Assembly (NCBI GenBank): GCA_964016885.1
Contig: OZ024745.1
Coordinates: 1,860,001-1,924,000 of the forward strand
DNA from: Eledone cirrhosa
Taxonomy: Eukaryota
Length of the DNA stretch: 64,000 bases
Direction of reading: 5' to 3'
Position 1 is the stretch's first letter; each line of letters opens with the position of its first letter. Below, in pieces: positions 43,399-56,094 of the stretch. The position numbers and the translations under genes are program-made. Under the pieces are notes generated by a model. The model did not search any database. It saw only the letters and a program-made list of their open reading frames with translations, and had not been told where the DNA came from.

Positions 43399-45680
43399 TT
43401 ATAGCCCTAGTCTACCCCCCGGGTCATTATGGGGTTTGAGGGCGAGGTAAGTCCTACGCAATCTATGTTTACATGCAGTAACCAGTTCATCTTTCTTGTT
43501 TAGGAGTTGGTCCGTCGAAAACAGCATTTGTAAAGTTTCCTCCGAGCATAAATTGCACGGACGGCGTCCTCCCGTGTAAGAATTGGCTCTGGACAGTAAT
43601 CTCCAAGTGAGATCATAGGTGATGTTGTTGTCCTTGAGGTCCCATATGTGGCCCGAAAGTGTAGTGGCGTGACGCCGGGCCGGGTTTAGGAAGGTATGTC
43701 TATGTTGGTATAGCCGGGTCTTGAAGTCACATGCGGTAAGTCCTATATAGGCTTTGTTGGAGGTATCCGTCCTCACGTTGCACTGGTAGATCACATTACG
43801 GTCTCTGCATCTATTGTCGAGTGGGCAAATAGATCTATCCGGGCAGTTACACCTCCTGGTCGGTTCTCCACTGCTATTTAGGTTATTTCTGCCATCGGGG
43901 TTGAGTTTTTTGTTGTTAGAGGAGACGATGTTTTGTGCGAAGTTTGGTGTAGTGCTGTAAGAGAGTTTGATGGTATTTTTGTTAATTATGTTGTGGTAGC
44001 GGTGTTGTAATGGGAAGTGTTTTTCAATGAGCCTAAAGAATAGTTTCCCGATGGGAGTTGTCACCTCTGCGTTGTGGGGAGGATTGAACCATGTTACATT
44101 GCGTGAGCGGCGGTGTCTCCTGCTGGTTCCGCTAATGGGAGCTGGACAGTAGGATATTTCCTCCCGGAAACCACTCCGCTTGAGGGCCTGGTTGTAATAA
44201 GGCGCATGTTCATCGAATATCCGCTCATTAGCTGACAAACGGGATATGCGGAGGGAGATGTTTTTGACCAGGTTGTTTGTGATGTTCCTAGGATGGTTTG
44301 ATCGGCGGTGGATGTAGTGCAGATTGTCATTAGGTTTCCTGTATGGGTAGTACAGGTCGTTTTCGAGGTCGAGGGTCACGTCCAGGAAGTTTACTCTGGT
44401 CAGGGACGTTTGTAGGGTTATTTTAAATCCCCAGTCGCGGAAGAATCTGATTAATTGTTTCCGGACCCGATCTGTACTACTGGGGTTGTACCCTTTAAGG
44501 GTAAGGAGCCCATCATCACGGTACAATCCACCACCGAATGCAGGAAACATATCAGTGAGTTTGGCTATTAGGAATAATCCTATAAGATCTGTGACCTCCG
44601 CCGAATCCGTGGCGCCCATGCTGACGTCGAAGGGTGAGTCGGGAGCTCTTTTTATCCATTTAGAGTCGTCAAAGAGTAAGACTGTCTTCCTGGCGTGGAG
44701 GATGATTTTTCTTTCCTGGTCGGTGATGGGCACAAGTGTTTCGGCGAAGTCCAAGGCGGCAGTAAGTAGCGGTAAGGTGATTGAAGCATAGTAGCTCTCT
44801 ATGTCGAACTGTATATGTCAGGTCACCAGTTGGTGCTACTGGTAACATGTATCCCAGTACAACCTGTCCCATGGTCGGGTCGTTGGCGACTAAACTGGCA
44901 ACCCCACCAAGGTTTCTTGGTGAGGAGGGTGACTTTGGACATCCTGCAGGACTAAAAACAAAACCTGTCAAAGGGCAAAGGAGCTCTTAAGAGTCAATGG
45001 CCATCCAAAATCACCGGGAGAGATGACCCCTTAGCCTTTGTCAAGGCAGAATTCTAGGAGAAGGAAAACTCTGATATAACACCTGCAACCCTGATGGTAT
45101 CCAATGATGTTGACTTGTTCTTCTTTTTGGTAAATATCATCTTGGTTAAGAGAGTGGGACTGGCTTTGTGCAGTGCCTTTGCTCACTATAAAAGCTTCAC
45201 GGCACAGGCATTGCTTTATATCTGGAGATCTCTCTGCACTTGTCGTCACATGGTACCATGGGCCCAGCACTATGTGTCAGTAATTGTCACAAGTGTAGTG
45301 TTTGTACCAGAGTTTTCAAGTCGCTGGCTGGACTAAAAAGTCACACTCGTTCAGCGCATCGGTAGGGGTTCTCCTACATGGATATAAAGTAGTGGCCGTA
45401 CTCGAAAACGAGTTGGCAGCCACCATGTCGAACTGTATGAATTTAGTTTCTCGTTTATCCTCCATATTGCTGAACCAGGAGATTACTTCCTGGGTGTTGA
45501 TCCATAGGCTAAGTCGGGTGTGTTGCTTGACTTTTGGTATCACGCGGTCTAGGATTTTTTTGCTGATTCTCCCTATGTCGGACTTCGTTGGGTTAATAAG
45601 CCTGATAGAGGGTTTACGGTCAAAATCGGATTTATGGTCCTTCAGTGTGAAGTATAGTGTCCGTGGGTCTAGAGGTTCCG
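43399..45680 (-). pseudogene. PLE reverse transcriptase / GIY-YIG endonuclease, interrupted at 44815-45424
   Basis: LKDHK..RLINPTKSDIG, FIQFDI|ESYYASI, MGATDSAE, GLYRDDGL, NFLDVTLDL, CNCPDRSICPLDNRC, VIYQC..AYIGLT, CNLCSEE, CKH. Confidence 0.93.
44815..45424 (+). mobile_element. 610-bp non-autonomous bipartite RTE-like element
   Basis: 14-bp TSD ATGTCGAACTGTAT (44801-44814, 45425-45438); RTE 5'-UTR-like TCTAGGAGAAGGAAAACTCTGA; zinc-finger relic CSVCTRVFKSLAGLKSHTRSAH; 3' stem-loop CTCGAAAACGAG. Confidence 0.82.
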
Positions 45681-46746
45681 TGCTTGCCAAGGGAGACGTA
45701 AGATCTTCTTTGTATTCTTTTATCGCTTCCTTTATTTCCTTCCTTCCCCCCTCTCTCCTTAGTCCTTCTACCCCAGCTCTTCTTCTTTGTCAGCGTCTTT
45801 TCTCGCCCACCCGAGGCTGCCCTTTGGCCCCTTGTAGCCTTTGTACCCCCACCCCCTCCCCTAGTCTAGGATAGATTTGGCGGACTCCGCCCTTTATAGC
45901 AGTTGGTTTAGACCCCGGATACTTGTCCCCTTTTTCCGACCGCTCCCACTATCCTCTGTGCCCTCTATATTTCTTAGTGGCACTTATGCCTTATTTTTTC
46001 GTTTCAGTATTTCTTTCTTCGCTTTTCTTTTGGGCGGGGTGGATTCTGAATTTATTCTTCCGTATTCTACCTTTACTTCGTACGAACTTTCATTGTTTTA
46101 GATCTTTTAGAGTTAGCATTAGTATATATTTTTCTCGGGACTCAGAATTATTATCTCGTATTAGTTCACTTTGCTGCACTGGGTGGTTGCTGGAATTGTG
46201 CCCGGGATGGAAACCTTTATTGTTTATTTCGTGGTAGTCTCTTTAGTATTTTGGCCCCTTTTGTTGACCCGTCACCGTATCATTTACGTACTTATACCTC
46301 TTAAAAGGGTCCTCGCCTATTTCGTCCCACCTAGTTCTTTTACTTATTTCGTTATTTCTTTATTTCTTTCTTTACTTCTTTCTTTCTTTATTTATTTATT
46401 TATTCTAGCCTAACAATAGCCTGAGACCTAGGTCGTAGAATTTAATTTACTTTACTTTTTTCTTTACACTTATTTGCTTTTCTTCACTCTCAGTATTTTT
46501 TCTTTCCTATATATTTCTACCCCCCATTGTTCTACCTACCGTTCCGAATTCCTCCCCCTCCCCCTCCCCTGTATCTTCTTTGACCTCATGCCCAGCTGTA
46601 GCTGGCACTACAAACGCTTGATTGGGGCTACTCCACCCCCTCCCCTCTTTCTCCTACTGGCAGGTTTAGCCACCATCTCCCCTACTAATTTGCAACCACA
46701 GAATTACTACTGATTTTTGAAAATCACTTTGACCATATATGCAATT

Positions 46747-46840
46747 ACCCCTTGAGAAGATCGGCTATTTAAATACCAGGATAAATTTTCATTTAGTCCA
46801 GAATTAGCCGTCGAAACGGCTTGAGCTCAGCTGTCGGGGT
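46747..46840 (+). ncRNA. Non-canonical (U3-A8) type I hammerhead ribozyme with TATA box in the stem II loop
   Basis: Stem I ACCCC/GGGGT; core TTGAGAA (46752-58); stem II GA(T)CGGCTA/TAGCCGTC; GAAA (46813-16); stem III CGGCT/AGCTG; GTC with predicted cleavage after 46835. Confidence 0.75.
46766..46798 (+). promoter_or_regulatory. Putative pLTR TATA box and initiator
   Basis: TATTTAAATA at 46766-75 and Inr-like TTAGTC at 46793-98, about 28 nt apart. Confidence 0.5.
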
Positions 46841-46850
46841 CTTACTGGTT

Positions 46851-46908
<58 letters not shown>

Positions 46909-47195
46909 TCGAAATGGTAATTAATTTGTTAGACGTCCGACAAACATAAATGCTTATAACTGATTTAGAGCACTCTCTTCTCTCTACCGTTCTCGTAATT
47001 TTTTCTATCTTTATTTTTTTCTCTCTCTCTTTCTCCAGTGTCGTTTAAATAAACGGTTGTTTGTCAATTATTTACATATTCATTTGCATATTCACACATA
47101 AGTTTGAATAATCCCTAATATATTTCCACTATCCAGTGAATTTCCAGTTAAGATATGATTTTCATGGGTATGTCTCTATCTATAAAAGAACTTTG

Positions 47196-47260
47196 TATTT
47201 TATCTGATGAAAGCGTGCCAATGTTGTCTTGGTTACCCTTGAAATATATATAATAAAATA
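47196..47260 (+). ncRNA. Type I hammerhead motif in a solo pLTR remnant (about 46905-47310)
   Basis: TATTTTAT-CTGATGA-degenerate stem II-GAAA-TATATA-TA-ATAAAATA; CTATAAAAG just upstream. Confidence 0.65.
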
Positions 47261-47304
47261 AATATGGTTTTATAAATACAGTTTCCATTTATTTAATATC
47301 ATTG

Positions 47305-47395
<91 letters not shown>

Positions 47396-47560
47396 ATAAA
47401 TATTTCGTATCTCCAAAGAAATACCATTTTAGGAAGCCGTAGCTATGCAAACGCCGGGGGGCTAACGCCCTCTGGTGATGTCCTAAAACGGTATTTCTTT
47501 GGCGATACGAAATATTTATACAAATTGTATAAAGCTATGCTTGAAGCGAAATCCTATTAT

Positions 47561-48134
<574 letters not shown>

Positions 48135-48321
48135 ATACACAGAACAAAAGCGCTACCTAAGATTCCAAGACCCGATATTGACCATATCTCCAGATTCAAT
48201 GAGACAACAAGATTCTGACCTTAACTTCAGGCGCTTAGATATATATTATATACACGTATATTATACACTCATATATGTGTATTTCTCTATCTCTCTTTCT
48301 ATATATATATACATATATATA

Positions 48322-49215
48322 CGAGGTGTGTCAGAAAAGTTCCAGGACTGATGTCACAAAAATTTATTTCAAACCCAAACTTCACACTAAGAGTTTTCTC
48401 CTTCAAAGTAATCCCCCTGGAGTCTAATGCACTTTTCCATCCTTTTCTGCCACGCTTGCATGCACTCTTGGAAGGATTCTTCCGGGATCCTCCGCAGTTC
48501 CGTCGTCACGGCCTTTTTGATGTCGTCCACGTCTTCAAAACTGGTCCCCTCCGGGTCGTACTCGAAGATCCATGACTCATCACCGGTGATGACTGTCCCT
48601 AGCCAGTCTGGTTCGGTTTCAAGACGCTCGAGGATGTCCTGGCACACTTGCATGCGTCGACCCTTCTGGTCATCGTTCAGCAGTTTTGGCACCATCTTCG
48701 CGCAGGCTTTCCGCATGTCCAAATCTTCAGTGAGAATCTTCCAGACGCTGTCCCGATTCATGCCCAGCTCATTTGCCATCAGTCGAACAGTCAGCTAACG
48801 ATCGCTACGCACCATCTGCCTGACGCGTTCAACGTTGATCTCAGTCCTGGTTGTTGAGGGCCTTCCGCTCCTGGGGTTATCTTCCACGTCCTCGCGTCCT
48901 TCTTCAAACCTCTTGCACCACTCAAAAACACGTGAGCGTGACATTGTCTCATCTCCATACACTTGCTGCAGCAATCCCAGTGCTTCTGACGGAGTTTTCA
49001 AGTTTGTTCGTTGCTCTGTGCTCATTGCTTGACGACCTGAAACAGAGGACATGTATATAAAATTATGAAGAAAAAAGTTTGATCGCTGCAGAGAGCTAAG
49101 ATTACAGTTACATATTCCAGGGGGATTACTTTGAAGGAGAAAACTCTTAGTGTGAAGTTTGGGTTTGAAATAAATCTTTTGTGACATCAGTCCTGGAACT
49201 TTTTTGACACACCTC

Positions 49216-49216
<1 letters not shown>
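48322..49216 (-). mobile_element. Internally deleted mariner transposon
   Basis: TA target, ~100-bp inverted ends (48322-48421, 49116-49216). Transposase relic has VYGDETMSRSRVFEW, PRSGRPST, MVPKLL and ITGDESWIFEYDPE fused to the C-terminal KCIRLQGDYFE, with a stop at 48795. Confidence 0.93.
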
Positions 49217-49284
<68 letters not shown>

Positions 49285-49890
49285 AACAAAAGATGGTTAA
49301 AAGAGTTCCATGTATTTTATTATGCGCATTTCAAAAACAAATATCATCATGCAATAATATTTGTGTTTTCATCAGATAAAACAGGAAGACATGATATGAA
49401 GGTTAAAAAAACACTTGTGGATAGTGCAGTTTTAAATCAACATATGAAAAGTAGTTTTAGATTGATGTGTGATATTGGGAAAAATATTTTATTTTGAGGG
49501 GGGAGGGGGGGGTGAAAAAGAGGAGGAGATGAGAGTAAAAAGTGGAGAGGGAGGAGTATAATGAGGAAGGATGAGATAGGAGGAGAGATGGGTGATAGAG
49601 AGAGAGAGATAGCTTTTATAACTGAGAAAAATATATTGTTTTACATAGAGAGGTTGAAAACCGTTGGAAGATAATGTATAAATTAAAAGAATTTGAAAAT
49701 TAACGAAGAGAAAAATAATGTAAAGTTAAGGTTTGTATATTGAAGGGTTTAATAATATGTGCGATGAAAAGAAAATGTTAATATGTATTAAGAATAATAT
49801 TTAAGGGTTTAATAAAAACTACTTTTCATATGTTGATTTAAAACTGCACTATCCACAAGTGTTTTTTTAACCTTCATATCATGTCTTCCT

Positions 49891-49959
49891 GTTTTATCTG
49901 ATGAAAACACAAATATTATTGCATGATGATATTTGTTTTTGAAATGCGCATAATAAAAT
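49891..49959 (+). ncRNA. Type I hammerhead in the 5' pLTR of PLE2 (antisense copy at about 49313-49383)
   Basis: GTTTTAT-CTGATGA-long stem II-GAAA-TGCGCA-TA-ATAAAAT; palindromic minimal stem III. Confidence 0.8.
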
Positions 49960-50167
49960 ACATGGAACTCTTTTAACCATCTTTTGTTCTTATATATTAT
50001 GTATACTCCAGTCCTACAAACTGTAGAGTGCTTCTTATCCGATATCTGCATTGCTTTATTGTACTACAATAAAACTCACCTCCTACATTAACTTGCTCCT
50101 TAACGGTTGAGCGCTAACTCTCATATTGGATACCTTTTGATGGTCCTTTACTTTTTTCTTCTACAAC

Positions 50168-52760
50168 ATGGATTATTACAACATAACAAATTCAACTAAA
50201 GATATTCCTATACCTGGTAAATCTGAATTCACCAAACTTCTAATTGAAAAAACTGACTCCTTCGTAAGAAGACTTAGATGGATAGCCTATTTCTATGACC
50301 AGCGCCTAAAAGGGAACTTCTATACCAAGGAACATAACTTCCTCGATCATCTATTTAATTCTAGAAGAAATCCTCCTTCCAACAAAAATCTAGTGCAATT
50401 CGAGGAAGAGTTAACTAAAATTATAAAAATCTTAAATTCAAGAGATACCCTTACAAAGGACAAGAGCACCTTGTAAATCTCAAGAACACAATTTCAAACC
50501 TAAATTCCTCAAAAAATGTTTTAGTACACTCTGACAAAACCAATAATTTATATGGTATTTCCAAGGATAATTATAACAACCTTATCCTAAAGGAACTTAG
50601 GAAAAAATATCGTAAAACCAACCATGATAATTTAGAATACATAAACTTTGAAGCCTCTGAGATTATGTCAAAACTTGGCATTGAAAAAAAGACCGAACCA
50701 TTCCTCCCAAGAACTCCGAGGATAAATCTCAAGGATCACAAAAACAATTTTCGCACTGAACTACCTGTTAGATTAATCTCTCCCTCTAAATCAGATCTGG
50801 GGGTTGTTAGTAAAGCCATCTTGGATAGAATTATCCCACGGGTTCGTTCTAATTGCTCTTCCTTGAACTTAAATTTATGGTTTGGTACTTCTGAAGTGAT
50901 TGGCTGGTTCAACAAATTGAATAATAAAAACAAACTAAAATTTGTTCAATTTGATATTGCCAGCTACTATTCTTCTATTTCGCCTTCACTTCTCTATAAT
51001 GCCCTATCTTTCGCACTTAAATATTCTGACATCACCACAGATGAACTTCACATCATTCTCACCGCACGTAAAACCATCCTAGAGTTCAACAATGAATATT
51101 GGACCAGAGCCGATACCTCTAACAACTTCGACATCACAATGGGAGCATCCGATTCATCCCAATTGACAGATTTAATTGGTATCTTTATTTTGAACTCTTT
51201 GAGTCGGAAAATTCCTCAACTTCGCAGTGGTATTTATCGTGACGATGGACTCTTTACTATCTTAAATTGCAACATAGTTAACCTTAATATTATTAAGAAC
51301 AATATACGTAATCTCTTTAACCAACATAACCTAAAAATTGAATTTGATAACAGCATCAAACTAGCTAATTTCTTGGATGTATCTCTTAATCTTGACACTG
51401 GCCTATATTACCCTTACCATAAAAACAATGAGAACCTAAATTATGTTAATTTTAAATCTAACCATCCTACTAATATCAAGAATGCTATAGTTAGTAATAT
51501 TGGAAAAAGAATATATAACCTATCTTCTAATAAAAACATCTTTGGTGCTGACGCCAATTACTATAATAACGCGCTTTCTAAAGCCGGCTATCCTGATAAA
51601 ATTAAATATAGTAAAGAAACAAATTCTAGAAGAACTTAGTAGAATAATTAATCATGATCATTCCAATAATTTTAATAAAAGACCTAGATACAAAAACATA
51701 ATCTGGTATAATGCTCCTTTCTCCATCTCTATTAATAATAATATTCCTAAATTATTCTTTAGTGCCTTAAATAAATGCTTCCCTCCCTCACATATCTATA
51801 GTAAAATATTTAACAAACACACTATAACAATTTCATATTCTACATCCTCCAACATTTCCAACATTATCTCTAAACAAAGGGCGGTGGATTGGCAGTATCG
51901 GTAGAGGGTCGGACGCCATGCTTTACAGCATAGTTACGTCCCTTTACAATCTGAGTTCAAATCCCGCCGAGGTTGACTTTGCCTTTCATCCTTACGGGGT
52001 CGATAAAATAAAGTACCAGTAATGCACTGGGTAATTGCTGGCCTTGTGCCTAAAGTAGAAACAATTATCTCTAAACACAACAATAAAATACTAAATACTA
52101 AATCTCTTCCTTCCAACACTGAATATCATAATAATAGTAATAGTACTTCCGACGTAATTGTAAACCCTAGGCTAATTTCTGCAAACCCAAATACAACGTC
52201 AAACACAACTTCGCTAAATGTTCTTAATCCCATTCTAAATCAAGAAACTATTATTCCTATCGCAAATAACTTCTCCAATCCAATTCCTTCTATAGATAAC
52301 ACTAGATCACTCGTTAATAATCTCTCTAATTGCAATTGCCCTGTTAAAAATACATGTCCTCTCAACAACCATTGTCTCGATAAAAACTTAATTTACGAAT
52401 GTAAAGTTATAACTGACACCAATTTCTTCACCTATTTTGGCTCCACTTCCACCTCCTTTAAAGCTCGTCTTTATAACCATCATTCGTCTTTTAAATACAA
52501 ACTTAAAAGAACCAACACGGCTCTCTCAGAACTCATATGGTCCTTGAAAGCCAAAAATATTAAATATAGCATCTTTTGGAAGAAGGTTTCTTCTGCGTTT
52601 TTCATACTTGAACAGTTCTCTATCCAAGATTTGCAATCTCTGTCTAAATGAAAAATTTACCATTATTTCTAATTTAGATTCTATAATAAATAGACGCACT
52701 GACTTGTTTTCTATCTGCTTGCATAAATTCCACAAAAAATTCCACAAAGTATACAGCTAA
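50168..52760 (+). pseudogene. PLE RT / GIY-YIG ORF with about 3 frameshifts and a SINE insertion
   Basis: STKDIPIP, RRLRWIAYF, SDKTNNLY, LKDHKNNF, FVQFDIASYYSSI, GIYRDDGL, CNCPVKNTCPLNNHC, LIYEC..TYFGST, CNLCLNEK; TAA at 52758-60. Confidence 0.93.
51877..52063 (+). mobile_element. Full-length tRNA-derived SINE inserted in PLE2
   Basis: 14-bp TSD ATTATCTCTAAACA (51863-76, 52064-77); removal restores NISNIISKHNNKIL; B-box GAGTTCAAATCCC. Confidence 0.93.
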
Positions 52761-53158
52761 TATCCAAAACTTTATCAATTTAGAATCTTTTTCTCAAAGG
52801 CACATATATATATATATACTTCTTTAAAAATATACCCATCTTTCTACCTTATTTCAAAGTTATTTATTATACATTATATAATACTTGTTACTCATTCTAT
52901 ATCACTCATATTTATCACTTCCCTTTCTTCTCTTTTTCTTTTAATGTCTAACCCCTAATCTGTACCTTTTCTCACTGTTGCCTAACATAGAAACAATTAT
53001 TACACAATACAATACATTCTTACTTCATATCACCTTGTAAAAATCCTTCGTAAACATAAACATTTTTTTGACGTTAGATTATTCATCCTCAATTCATTAT
53101 TTTTTTCTCCCTTTCATCTAACTTATTCATGCTCATCTCACAACATATCCTTACTTTA

Positions 53159-53330
53159 ATAATACATATCAACATTTTCTTTCCATCGCACATATTATTA
53201 AACCCTTAAATATTATTCTTAATACATATTAACTTTTTCTTTCCATCGCACATATTATTAAACCCTTAAATATTATTCTTAATACATATTAACATTTTCT
53301 TTTCATCGCACATATTATTAAACCCTTCAA
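53159..53330. repeat. 60-bp unit repeated about three times in the PLE2 3' UTR
   Basis: Sequences at 53161, 53221 and 53281 align almost base for base. Confidence 0.9.
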
Positions 53331-53695
53331 TATACAAACCTTAACTTTACATTATTTTTCTCTTCGTTAATTTTCAAATTCTTTTAATTTATACATTATC
53401 TTCCAACGGTTTTCAACCTCTCTATGTAAAACAATATATTTTTCTCAGTTATAAAAGCTATCTCTCTCTCTCTATCACCCATCTCCCCTCCTATCTCATC
53501 CTTCCTCATTATACTCCTCCCTCTCCACTTTTTACTCTCATCTCCTCCTCTTTTTCATCCTTTCCACCACCCCTCCCCCCTCAAAATAAAATATTTTTCC
53601 CAATATCACACATCAATCTAAAACTACTTTTCATATGTTGATTTAAAACTGCACTATCCACAAGTGTTTTTTTAACCTTCATATCATGTCTTCCT

Positions 53696-53764
53696 GTTTT
53701 ATCTGATGAAAACACAAATATTATTGCATGATGATATTTGTTTTTGAAATGCGCATAATAAAAT
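53696..53764 (+). ncRNA. Type I hammerhead in the 3' pLTR of PLE2
   Basis: Identical to 49891-49959. Confidence 0.8.
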
Positions 53765-54178
53765 ACATGGAACTCTTTTAACCATCTTTTGTTCTTGTAT
53801 ATTATGTATACTCCAGTCCTACAAACTGTAGAGTGCTTCTTATCCGATATCTGCATTGCTTTATTGTACTACAATAAAACTCACCTCCTACATTATATAT
53901 ATATATATACACACTGTAAGACAGTTAAAATAAAGGATGTGACCAAACCATATACGTGTATAAGTATATATGCATATATGTGTGAGTGTATGTTTGTAAA
54001 AGGTAAACAGAAATAACGAAGCAAACGACACAGTACATCAAAGAAATATATTAGTTTAAGGAAAAGAGTCTCAACGTTTCCGACACTAATTCTTCATCAG
54101 AACATAGAGTTAGAAATAGAAGATAAAATAGAAAGTTAAAGATTGAGAAGAGATAGGAACAGGAACAAATTAGAAAAA

Positions 54179-54231
<53 letters not shown>

Positions 54232-54403
54232 AAAAAAAGGAAAAGAATGACTTCACTTGTAGTTCTAAATAATTTGATTTAATTTTATAATATAATATTG
54301 AGTTGGTAGATCTAGTAAAATTATTTAGAACTACAAGTGAAGTAATTCTTTTTCTTTTTTTCTAATATACTAACTGTACCAAGGATTTCACACATTTTCC
54401 AAT

Positions 54404-54436
<33 letters not shown>

Positions 54437-54445
54437 AATAATCAC

Positions 54446-54555
<110 letters not shown>

Positions 54556-54569
54556 ATATAAAGAGATAT

Positions 54570-54614
<45 letters not shown>

Positions 54615-55213
54615 AAAACCTGAATGATATTACACCCATGTTCAAAAATATTCATATATCAACATACAGTGACCCTTAACCTAAATCAGCCAAACTTAGA
54701 TATTAATAACATCAGCTAACATTGTCGCCCTTAAATTTAGTCTTTGCTTAAAAGGTAAAGTCATCTGTTTAATGTTTCTAGGAAACTAGCCCTTATATGC
54801 ACAAGGAATGTTGACCCCGAAACGACTGTCTCTTCACTCTCTTATAGACAGTTTCTTGATCCAATCTGGCCAGACAGTTTCGACCTATGTGGTCATCTGG
54901 TCAGGTATACCCATTTAAATCAAAGTTACTACAATTCAATAGTTTTCGATTCTACATTCACACACATACAACATACACATACAACATACACATACAACAC
55001 GCACACACATATATATATATATATATGTATGTATGTATATATATATATATATATGTGTGTGTATGTGTGTGTGTTATAATAAATATGTGTGTATATATAC
55101 ATATGTATATATGTATATATATGTCTGTGTGTGCATGTGTGTGTGTGTATAAACTGAAGCACGAACGTAGACATACACACACGTACACACAATCGCACAA
55201 ACACAAATACGCA

Positions 55214-55249
<36 letters not shown>

Positions 55250-55326
55250 GCTTATTGTATTCTAATAATTTGTTCTATTTATGACAATTTCATATTGTAG
55301 ACATTCAAGATACTTTGAAACAAACA

Positions 55327-55449
<123 letters not shown>

Positions 55450-55537
55450 ATATATGTATGTATGTATATATATGTATATATGTATATATATATAGATATA
55501 TATGTATATATATGTATATATATATATTTATACACAA

Positions 55538-55752
<215 letters not shown>

Positions 55753-56033
55753 CATATTTTCCTATGTGTTCTGCTCCATAGATCTAAGGAAAATATTAAT
55801 GTTTAAGCTTTCCTCAAACGATATGAATGTATTAAATGAAATTTTACACAGTTAATAAAACCGGAGAGAAGAAGAAATAAAAACGATGTTAACAATTGGT
55901 GAATTATTGCAACTTTCTCGTCTCTCTTATCTTCCACTGCCAATCACAACACTTCACAATATTATTATTGAATAACTTGGACATTTCTACAATTAATATT
56001 ACATTCTATTTGTCGAATTAACAAAACATTTGT

Positions 56034-56091
<58 letters not shown>

Positions 56092-56094
<3 letters not shown>

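Larger units (their letters stand above)
42097..46855 (-). mobile_element. Penelope-like element 1 (Naiad-like), 5'-truncated, with inverted pLTR
   Basis: RT plus GIY-YIG ORF between ~1.18 kb inverted arms (42175-43364 and 45681-46855); 3' tail to 42097; both ends in (TA)n. Confidence 0.92.
49279..53894 (+). mobile_element. Penelope-like element 2 (Naiad-like), full-length ORF region with direct and inverted pLTRs
   Basis: Inverted pLTR 49279-49814 (matches 53256-53796); direct pLTR 49815-50090 (matches 53620-53894); flanked by (TA)n. Confidence 0.93.

Noticed and set aside
44821-44900. HDV-like hints at the 5' end of the 610-bp insert (GGG-TCG-TTGG-CGA-CTAA-ACTGG with upstream CCAGT)
   Set aside because: Could not build P1, P3 or L3 convincingly.
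54066-54105. Minus-strand CTGATGA...GAAACGTT motif, and a similar one at 57948-57975
   Set aside because: Cores are present but stems are not supported; probably decayed pLTR relics.
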